From an uncultured Clostridia bacterium (GTDB lineage Bacteria > Bacillota > Clostridia > UBA1381 > UMGS1253): a stretch of DNA of 64,000 nucleotides. The notes beneath the pieces were generated by a model. It had not been told where the DNA came from and ran no database searches. It worked only from the letters and a program-made list of their open reading frames with translations. The position numbers and the translations under genes are program-made. This document shows positions 57,226-64,000 of the stretch, in pieces (positions within the stretch are counted from its first letter, which is position 1; every line of letters starts with the position of its first letter). Where the stretch lies: NCBI GenBank assembly GCA_934457145.1, contig CAKSHP010000007.1:5162-69161 (forward strand). The letters run 5' to 3'.

Positions 57226-57867
57226 TTATAATCCGTTTTTATACTCTAAAATTTCTTTGTCTTTGTAGAGCTTATATGCCTCCAACAGTATCGACACTCC
57301 GAAAAACTGCTCCTGTACTCTGCTTGATTTATATATATGATACGGCGCAAACCCGTTTTGTGCCTTCGGAAAAATCGTTCTTCTCGGTATCGGATTTTCG
57401 CTTTTTGCCATTATAAAATACATATACTTGCCGTCCTCCGACGTGTAAGGCGTTGTCGGCAAAAGCTGCTCTTTGTAGTCGCTGCCCTTTTTCCCTAAAA
57501 AATTCAAATCCAAATTCACCGCAAACTCAGAAATATTTTCGTTTTCGGTTTGCGCCGATATTACCAAAGCGTCTTTTTCTAATATATACTGCGTTTTAAT
57601 AAGGTTTTTGCTGTCTTTGCACAATATCTCGTTTTCCGCCGTCTTTTGCTCAATGTCATACTCGCAAATCCGCTCGTGATAGCTTTCAAATTCCTCGTGC
57701 GGCATCGTTTTAATGTCGTCCGTCTTAAGCGTAAAGCACACTGCCCCGCATTTTCCCCGCTCATCTGCAAAATTAAACGTCCCGCCATTTGCGAAAAGCT
57801 TTTTAATTATTCCGTTTTCAACTTCTATTTTATAGCTTTCGTTTTCAATATTCATATCCTTGCCCAC
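57226..57867 (-). CDS. Hypothetical protein (213 aa), possibly a truncated fragment of a larger enzyme
   Basis: ORF with an uncertain start (GTG 57867 or ATG 57855), followed by ~200 bp of non-coding DNA. No recognisable motif. Confidence 0.4.
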   Translation of the reverse strand: MGKDMNIENESYKIEVENGIIKKLFANGGTFNFADERGKCGAVCFTLKTDDIKTMPHEEFESYHERICEYDIEQKTAENEILCKDSKNLIKTQYILEKDALVISAQTENENISEFAVNLDLNFLGKKGSDYKEQLLPTTPYTSEDGKYMYFIMAKSENPIPRRTIFPKAQNGFAPYHIYKSSRVQEQFFGVSILLEAYKLYKDKEILEYKNGL

Positions 57868-57907
57868 GCCGGTTTATTTTATAATTTATAATACCATAAA
57901 CCTGTCT

Positions 57908-57935
57908 TTATGTCAAACCTTAAGGTTTGACATAA
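57908..57935. promoter_or_regulatory. Perfect 28-bp palindrome carrying back-to-back -35 boxes of two divergent promoters
   Basis: TTATGTCAAACCTTAAGGTTTGACATAA equals its own reverse complement. Rightward: TTGACA (57927-57932), 17 nt, TAAAAT (57950-57955). Leftward: TTGACA (complement of 57911-57916), 17 nt, TATTAT (complement of 57888-57893). Confidence 0.6.
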
Positions 57936-58034
57936 GCTATAAAATATGCTAAAATAAAAAGTATGCTGACAAACGCAGTTTCTCATTAATACATATATTA
58001 ATATAAAAAACTTAAGAAAGGCAGAAAATATCAA

Positions 58035-59396
58035 ATGCAAAACGATAAATCCTTTTTAGCCACAAAACCCGTCGGCAGACTTTTGTTTGAACTTGCAATC
58101 CCGGCAATTGTGGCGCAGATTGTAAATATGCTTTATAATATTATCGACAGAATATATATAGGCCACATTCCAAACAGCGGCTCTTTGGCGCTCACGGGCG
58201 TCGGAGTGTGTCTGCCGCTTATCCTGATAATTTCCGCATTTTCGTCCTTTGCCGCTTCAGGCGGCGCACCGCGCGCATCAATATACATGGGCAAAGGCGA
58301 CACAGACACTGCCGAAAAAATCCTCGGCTCATGCGCATTTTTGCAAATATGTCTCTCGCTTGTTTTAACCGCCGTTATGTTTTTTAAAAGCAAAGACCTT
58401 CTTTTGATGTTCGGTGCCAGCGAAAACACAATTTCCTTTGCCTGTTCCTATATGAAAATCTACAGTGCAGGAACAATCTTCGTTCAGCTCACTTTAGGCT
58501 TAAATGCCTTTATAACCGCACAGGGCTTTGCAAAAACATCTATGATAACGGTCTTAATCGGCGCAGCTTTAAACATCATTTTAGATCCCGTATTCATATT
58601 TGCCTTAAACATGGGCGTAAGCGGCGCAGCTCTTGCCACCGTAATATCACAGGGAATTTCATGCATATGGGTGCTGTTTTTCTTAACCGGCAAAAAAACA
58701 ACTCTGCGCCTTAAAGCAAAAAACTTTCGCCTTAACAGTAAACTTGTTCTGCCTTGTATTGCTCTCGGTCTTTCAACGTTTGTCATGCAGTCGAGCGAAA
58801 GCGTTATTTCCGTTTGCTTTAATTCTTCGCTTTTAAAATACGGCGGAGACATAGCCGTCGGCGCAATGACAATTCTCTCCGGCGTTATGCAGTTTGCGCT
58901 TTTGCCTCTGCAAGGTATCGGCCAGGGCGCACAGCCGATTATAAGCTATAACTTCGGAGCAAAAATCTCCGAACGCATCAAAAAAAGCTACAAACTTTTG
59001 CTGACCGCCAGCCTTACTTATTCTTTCATTCTTTGGGCAAGTATAATGCTGTTTCCGAATTTTTATGCAAAACTGTTTAGCACAGACGCTGCCCTAATCG
59101 CCTTCACTGCGCGCGCACTTCGCATCTACTGTGCGGTTTTGTTTATGTTCGGTATCCAAACAGCCTGTCAAATGGCATTTGTTTCAATAGGCAGCGCCGT
59201 CTGCTCGATAATCGTTGCCGTAACAAGAAAATTTGTGCTTTTGGTGCCTCTTATATATATTATGCCGAATATCATCTCAGACAAAGTAACAGGTGTATAT
59301 ATGGCAGAACCCATAGCCGACGCAATCGCCGTCACATTCACGGCAGTCCTCTTTTACTTTAGGTTTAAAAAATCTTTGCGCAATCTTAACTCATAA
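58035..59396 (+). CDS. MATE-family efflux transporter
   Basis: 453 aa, 12 TM segments, with the typical MATE N-terminus (LLFELAIPAIVAQIVNMLYNIIDRIYIGH). Confidence 0.88.
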   Translation: MQNDKSFLATKPVGRLLFELAIPAIVAQIVNMLYNIIDRIYIGHIPNSGSLALTGVGVCLPLILIISAFSSFAASGGAPRASIYMGKGDTDTAEKILGSCAFLQICLSLVLTAVMFFKSKDLLLMFGASENTISFACSYMKIYSAGTIFVQLTLGLNAFITAQGFAKTSMITVLIGAALNIILDPVFIFALNMGVSGAALATVISQGISCIWVLFFLTGKKTTLRLKAKNFRLNSKLVLPCIALGLSTFVMQSSESVISVCFNSSLLKYGGDIAVGAMTILSGVMQFALLPLQGIGQGAQPIISYNFGAKISERIKKSYKLLLTASLTYSFILWASIMLFPNFYAKLFSTDAALIAFTARALRIYCAVLFMFGIQTACQMAFVSIGSAVCSIIVAVTRKFVLLVPLIYIMPNIISDKVTGVYMAEPIADAIAVTFTAVLFYFRFKKSLRNLNS

Positions 59397-59493
59397 ACAT
59401 ATTTTTAAACGGCTGCGCAGTATAAATAATTAAGTTTTATAATAAAAAAACGCCCGGCGTATCATAGCGCTGAGCGTTTTTTTATTTGTACAA

Positions 59494-59522
59494 GCATTAA
59501 ATTTTCCCCTTCGTCATACAAT
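59494..59522 (+). promoter_or_regulatory. Possible sigma-E-type promoter ahead of the small-ORF/spoIID gene string
   Basis: GCATTAA, 14 nt, CATACAAT. The -10 matches the B. subtilis sigma-E consensus CATACA-T exactly; the -35 match is partial. Confidence 0.35.
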
Positions 59523-59590
59523 GGTACAAACAAACGTTTTAGCGTTTGCAAATTTTTAGCCAAAAAACGGCAGAAAGGCTGAATATCTCT

Positions 59591-59827
59591 ATGAATAATA
59601 ACCCCGGTGAAAACAAAATAGATCCGCAAACGAAAAAAATGCTCGAAGATTTTGTAAAATCCGGCAAAGCCGATAAAATAACAAAAAACCTCGGCAATAT
59701 AGATAAAGCAAAGGTTTTGAAAATGTTTTCCTCCCTTTCCTCCGACGACATAAAAAAAGGTCTTGCCGGCGGAATGAAAAACATCGATTTTAAAAATTTA
59801 AATCAGTTTATGAAAGATAAGCATTAG
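59591..59827 (+). CDS. Small hypothetical hydrophilic protein (78 aa)
   Basis: ORF MNNNPGENKIDPQTKKMLEDFVKSG.... The start is ambiguous: TTG at 59546 or ATG at 59591. Confidence 0.45.
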   Translation: MNNNPGENKIDPQTKKMLEDFVKSGKADKITKNLGNIDKAKVLKMFSSLSSDDIKKGLAGGMKNIDFKNLNQFMKDKH

Positions 59828-59923
59828 AAAGTAAATCCCTGTGCAGTTTAAAAGGCATATTCTTTGTAATGCTTTGTAAAAACGCCCGTTAAGGCAATAA
59901 ACAAAAAAGGTTGTGATAATACT

Positions 59924-60301
59924 ATGCCGGACGCATCCCAAGCTCTTGAAATGCTTCAGCAGTTTCTTTCCGGTCCCGATGCAAAAGAAAAAATATCGCA
60001 GGCGTTAGACATTATGTCCGGCAGCGATTTTGATCCCGGCATCTTCTCCGGAGACTCCTCCGCCGGTGAAAAACTGCCTTCTTCTGATGATTTTTTAAAA
60101 GATATAGATCCCCAAAAAATCATTAAAATAATGTCGGCATTAAAAAAATGCGAAAAAACTCCCGATCCCCGAACGGATCTTTTGCGCGCATTAAAGCCGT
60201 ATCTGGGCACAAAAAAGAATTCACGCGCAGATAAAGCCATAAAAATCGCCGCAATGTTAAAATACGCACCAATGCTTGAAAATCTTAAAGATTTGTTTTA
60301 A
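59924..60301 (+). CDS. Hypothetical protein (125 aa)
   Basis: Clean ORF with a helical, charged composition. Conserved-looking C-terminal DPRTDLLRALKPYLG..R.DKAIKIAAMLKYAPML. Confidence 0.5.
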   Translation: MPDASQALEMLQQFLSGPDAKEKISQALDIMSGSDFDPGIFSGDSSAGEKLPSSDDFLKDIDPQKIIKIMSALKKCEKTPDPRTDLLRALKPYLGTKKNSRADKAIKIAAMLKYAPMLENLKDLF

Positions 60302-60368
60302 GACAGGTATCAGAAGTAAAACTCCATGCGGTTTTACTTCTGATATCTAAACCCAAAGGAGATAAAAA

Positions 60369-60665
60369 ATGTCTAATAAAAGTTACCGCTATAAAGATCC
60401 CATGCTTTCCTCATACGGCAAACACCGCCAAAAAACCTCTCATGCGCCTCAAAGCGAAAGCCTCCCGCCTCCTTCGGTTTTATCAAATCACTCCTCCGCC
60501 CCATCACTTTTCTCGCTTTTTTCAAAAAACAAATTAAAATCTCTCGACACCGACGACTATATCTTAATGGTTTTAATCTTTATGATTATAAAAAACAGCG
60601 ATGAACCGGACTGGCCTTTGATTTTCTCGCTGTTTTATATTTTGCTCGATGATAACGACGGCTGA
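60369..60665 (+). CDS. Hypothetical small protein (98 aa) with a C-terminal hydrophobic segment
   Basis: Strong RBS AAAGGAG 7 nt upstream. Pro/Ser-rich N-terminal half, then YILMVLIFMII...LIFSLFYILL. Confidence 0.5.
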   Translation: MSNKSYRYKDPMLSSYGKHRQKTSHAPQSESLPPPSVLSNHSSAPSLFSLFSKNKLKSLDTDDYILMVLIFMIIKNSDEPDWPLIFSLFYILLDDNDG

Positions 60666-60699
60666 CTTCTGCCGTCCGCCTAAGAAAGGTTTAATAAAT

Positions 60700-61725
60700 A
60701 TGCTAAAAAAACTAACGGCGCTGATTTTGTTTTTTTGTGTGATTATGCTTTTGATACCATACTGTTTCTGCGCTTTTTTAAAGCCTGTAAACCCGGGCGC
60801 GCTGCCTTCGGTAAGCAATGCTTTTTCAAATGATGCGCAAAACGAAAACGAAGCTGTCTTGGTATCAAATAGTTACCGCGAGCCCGAAACGCTCAAATCA
60901 TATATCACGGATAAAAACGAAGTTTGCGAAATAAATTTTGAAGACTATATAAAAGGCGTTGTCGCCGCCGAAATGCCGGCAGCTTTTGAAAAAGAAGCCC
61001 TAAAAGCGCAGGCAGTAGCCGCCAGAAGCTACATTCTTTCCAAAATGCAGTCAGGCACCAAACACGAAAACGGCGCAGACGTTTGCGACAATCCGTCCCA
61101 CTGCAAAGCATATCTGCCCCCCGATAAATTAAAGCAAAAGTGGGGAGATGAATTTGACAGCTTCTATGCAAAAATCTGCGAGTGCTGCGATGAAACAAAA
61201 AACTGCGTTATGCTCTACGACGGTAAAATAGTAAATGCCCTCTTTCATTCCACAAGCAGCGGCAAAACAGAAAGCGCGCGCGACGTATGGGGCGGCGATG
61301 TTCCGTATCTTGTTTCGGTCGCAAGCTTCGGCGACGAGCTGTCGCCCAGGTATCATTCAAGCACCGCCATGAGTATTAACGAATTTAAACAAAAACTTAA
61401 ATCCGCCTATCCCGATATTTACTGGAAAGACGGCGAAAACCTCATAGGCGATGCGGTGCGCAGCGAAGCCGGCGGTATAATTACTATGAATATCGCAAAC
61501 ATAACCCTAAGCGGCAGCGAACTAAGAAATATTTTCTCTCTGCGCTCAACTCATATCGATTTTGACATAACAAACGACACCGTCACCTTAAACGTCACCG
61601 GCAACGGCCACGGTGTCGGCATGAGCCAGTACGGCGCAAACTATCTTGCCTGTCAAAACAAAACCTTCACAGAAATCCTTAAAACCTACTATTCCGGCGT
61701 GGAGGTAGTAAGGCTAAACGGATAA
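60700..61725 (+). CDS. spoIID: Stage II sporulation protein D (SpoIID lytic transglycosylase family)
   Basis: Signal/TM MLKKLTALILFFCVIMLL; ALKAQAVAARSY and GHGVGMSQYGA motifs. Start moved from the track ORF (60649) to the ATG at 60700. Confidence 0.88.
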   Translation: MLKKLTALILFFCVIMLLIPYCFCAFLKPVNPGALPSVSNAFSNDAQNENEAVLVSNSYREPETLKSYITDKNEVCEINFEDYIKGVVAAEMPAAFEKEALKAQAVAARSYILSKMQSGTKHENGADVCDNPSHCKAYLPPDKLKQKWGDEFDSFYAKICECCDETKNCVMLYDGKIVNALFHSTSSGKTESARDVWGGDVPYLVSVASFGDELSPRYHSSTAMSINEFKQKLKSAYPDIYWKDGENLIGDAVRSEAGGIITMNIANITLSGSELRNIFSLRSTHIDFDITNDTVTLNVTGNGHGVGMSQYGANYLACQNKTFTEILKTYYSGVEVVRLNG

Positions 61726-61749
61726 TTCTAAGCATTAATAAATAACATA

Positions 61750-61790
61750 AAAAAATGATGGCAAACAGCAGCTTGCCATCATTTTTTATT
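61750..61790. terminator. Bidirectional intrinsic terminator
   Basis: AAAAAATGATGGCAA-N8-TTGCCATCATTTTTT. Confidence 0.8.
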
Positions 61791-61799
61791 ATCTTTTTA

Positions 61800-64000
61800 T
61801 TACAGCTTTGTTATTATAACTTTCATTTCCTCTGCCTGCCATGAAACATCTGCGCCTAAGTTTTCGCAAATAAATCTGAGCGGAGTATATGTTCTGTCGT
61901 TTTGAGTAAACGCAGCGCTGTCTAATTTTTCTTCTTTACCGTTCACATATGCAATATCCGAACCGATATAAATAAGTATTAAAACATCTTCACCGCCGTT
62001 TTTACCCGTGATTGTAACAAGCTGTTTTTCGTTGTCCCATGAAACATCTGCACCTAAATTTTCTGCAACAAAACGAGCAGGAAGCATCGTGCGGTCGTTT
62101 ACAACTATCGGAGCAACATCATTTACCTCAACTTTTCCGAACACCAAAGCCTCTTTTTCGCCTATCGTCAAAATAACCTGATCTTCTTTGGTATAAACCT
62201 TAGTCCATGCAGCATAAAGAGTGATGCTCTTTGTAACCTTGGATTCAAAATCATATTCTTGTGTAAGCTCTTTGTCTGTATACCAGCCCGCAAACTCATA
62301 TCCCTCTTTTACGGGATTTTCAGGCTTAACAGCTGTTTCATTCTTTTTAACGCTCTGCGTTGCAATACCTGCAGCGCCGTTTGTCTCAAAGCTTACGCTT
62401 ACATAAGCGCTGCCGACCGACACACCGCTGCCGCCGCCCGATGATGAAGATCCGCCGCCGTTTCCGCCTACCGATGATGACTTAAACGAAATTACAACCG
62501 GATTGTTTTTAAGCTCATAATTATCGTTTGCACTCACAAGCACGCTGTATTCTTTCTTTGCCTGAAAAGCACCGCTTAATGTGTAAACCGTGTTGTCCTT
62601 GCTTGCCGAAACATCGCTTATCTCAACATCCTTGCCGTCCAACGTCACTTTAAAGTCATCTTTTGTAAGATTTGCTATCGGCTTATCAAGCTTAATCTTT
62701 AAATATGTTTTCTTGCCCTCAAGGTCTGAAAGCTTAACTGCAAGCTTTGTTATTGTAACGTCTGCGCCGCTGCCGTTTTCATATTCATAAGATATTTCAT
62801 AGTTATTATCCTGCGCACCGCTTATTGTCACAGCGTCTTCATACGTTCCGACTGCGCTTTCTTCGTTTACGTCGCTTCTGTACTCATATTTTTGCAAAAC
62901 ATCCAAAACGCTTTCGTCCTCGTCGTTTACAAATCCTGTATACTCATACTTCGGCGCCGTATTTGCCTGCAAATACTCGCGCGTAACGTCTAATGCCTTA
63001 ATCACAAGCAAAGCCTTGTTAATCGTAAACACAGCTTTGTTTTCGCTTATAATAAAGTTATAATTGCTATCTTCTGTAAGCGATTTTCCGTCCTTTACGA
63101 AAATCGTCATTTCATATTCTCCGGCAGGAGCCTTTTTGTTTAATGCGTCTGCCTCGGTCGAAACTCCGAAGATTTCATAAAGCTTGTTTTTATATTGCTC
63201 GTCTGCCATGTCAGACTCAAAAAGTCCCTCAAGCACAAAGTCCGGATTTTCCTCGCCGTATGTTTTCTGAGCGTCCTTAGCCGTTACAGTTGCATTTGCC
63301 TTGTTGATATACATTGTTGTATTTCCGCTGCCCTTGAAGCGATCGTCGCTTGCGTAAATGCTGTAGCTTACAGCATACACGCCAACGTTTTTAGCCTCGT
63401 TTACAGCGGCGTTAGTAACAAGCGTGTAAGTTATATCAACATTTTTGTTTTCGCCCGAAAGCACCGGAACAAAATCTTCATTATCCGATGTCAAAGCTAT
63501 CTGCTGCACCTGACCGTTATACGTCTTTACTAAATCGGAAGCCGTAAGCATAACAGTTTTTTTGTCTGCCTCAAGCGCAAATTCCGCCGTGATACCGCTT
63601 GCATAATTAGTATCGTCAATCTCAGCTCTTACTGTTGTCTTTCCGCTTCTTATAATTTTAACAAGTCCGTTTTCGTCAACCGTTGCAATGTTTTCATCAT
63701 CGCTTGACCACTTCACCTTAGGAGTCTGATTTCCATAGTACGCGCGCAGCGTGAATATGTCTCCCACAAGCACATTTTTGTTTGCACCCGTTATATAGAA
63801 GCTTCCTCCCGACGCACCTGTTATAGTAAGAACCGCCGAATTGTCATAAACAAACTTATAGTTGTCGGCTCTTCCTCCCGAAATCGTAATAGGATACTCT
63901 CCCGCGTTGCTCAGTGCATTTGCCTTAACCGTTGCCGCAGGCTCTAAAAGAAGTGAATTTTCATCTTCTCCGTAAACAAATCCCTCGTAAATAAGAGTAA
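61800..64000 (-). CDS. Large secreted/cell-surface protein, C-terminal part (Ig-like Big_2, repeated beta-rich modules, Listeria-Bacteroides-type repeat, 2x copper-amine-oxidase-N-like repeats); N-terminus off-window
   Basis: The reading frame stays open from 63773 to the window end (no minus-strand stop codons in frame), so the track M at 63773 is internal. VKWSSDDENIATVDENGLVK is a Big_2 domain. EGYEFAGWYTDKELTQEYDF is the Flg_new-type repeat. NDRTMLPARFVAENLGA and NDRTYTPLRFICENLGA lie at the C-terminus. Confidence 0.75.
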   Translation of the reverse strand, partial: TLIYEGFVYGEDENSLLLEPAATVKANALSNAGEYPITISGGRADNYKFVYDNSAVLTITGASGGSFYITGANKNVLVGDIFTLRAYYGNQTPKVKWSSDDENIATVDENGLVKIIRSGKTTVRAEIDDTNYASGITAEFALEADKKTVMLTASDLVKTYNGQVQQIALTSDNEDFVPVLSGENKNVDITYTLVTNAAVNEAKNVGVYAVSYSIYASDDRFKGSGNTTMYINKANATVTAKDAQKTYGEENPDFVLEGLFESDMADEQYKNKLYEIFGVSTEADALNKKAPAGEYEMTIFVKDGKSLTEDSNYNFIISENKAVFTINKALLVIKALDVTREYLQANTAPKYEYTGFVNDEDESVLDVLQKYEYRSDVNEESAVGTYEDAVTISGAQDNNYEISYEYENGSGADVTITKLAVKLSDLEGKKTYLKIKLDKPIANLTKDDFKVTLDGKDVEISDVSASKDNTVYTLSGAFQAKKEYSVLVSANDNYELKNNPVVISFKSSSVGGNGGGSSSSGGGSGVSVGSAYVSVSFETNGAAGIATQSVKKNETAVKPENPVKEGYEFAGWYTDKELTQEYDFESKVTKSITLYAAWTKVYTKEDQVILTIGEKEALVFGKVEVNDVAPIVVNDRTMLPARFVAENLGADVSWDNEKQLVTITGKNGGEDVLILIYIGSDIAYVNGKEEKLDSAAFTQNDRTYTPLRFICENLGADVSWQAEEMKVIITKL

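Overview
Low-GC Clostridia-type chromosomal segment from a spore-former (spoIIP and spoIID are present). All calls rest on reading the ORF translations, recognising motifs from memory and inspecting the DNA by eye; no database search or folding program was run.

Layout:
- 1-13.3 kb, minus strand: one near-textbook ribosomal cluster. Its order is rpsJ-rplC-rplD-rplW-rplB-rpsS-rplV-rpsC-rplP-rpmC-rpsQ-rplN-rplX-rplE-rpsN(Z)-rpsH-rplF-rplR-rpsE-rpmD-rplO-secY-adk-map-KOW protein-infA-rpmJ-rpsM (rpsM runs off the window). rpmJ and rpmD are missing from the ORF track and were found by hand.
- 13.9-31 kb: mixed accessory region. It holds spoIIP, a secreted transglutaminase-like protein, GH88, GH42, cca, an XRE-HTH fused to a complete desulfoferrodoxin, and a heparinase II/III-like protein. 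It also holds an ACT-ACT-MBL hydrolase, a GNAT, a secreted fusion with a chagasin-like domain, an SGNH hydrolase, nagA and an MFS transporter.
- 31-40 kb: housekeeping genes ftsH-hpt-tilS and dnaB-rplI-gdpP-yybS.
- 40-64 kb: accessory region. It holds a YpsA-like DUF1273 gene behind a terminator-bearing leader, and an OmpR/PhoR-type two-component operon with a dehydrogenase, a TIM-barrel enzyme and a secreted deacetylase-discoidin protein. bioY follows, with a BirA-type operator. Next come a methyltransferase, an Fe-S aldo/keto reductase and an AraC regulator divergent from a short orphan glycyl-radical enzyme. The rest is LCP-chrA-chrA-DUF3006, cstA, a decayed region, a MATE pump behind a perfect 28-bp palindrome, three small ORFs plus spoIID, and a large surface protein that runs off the window.

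I saw no rRNA, tRNA, CRISPR array, transposase, integrase or recognisable defence genes.

Best candidates for something new:
- the AraC-controlled short glycyl-radical enzyme locus
- the HTH-desulfoferrodoxin fusion
- long structured leaders in the ribosomal cluster
- the leader upstream of DUF1273
- the small-ORF trio upstream of spoIID
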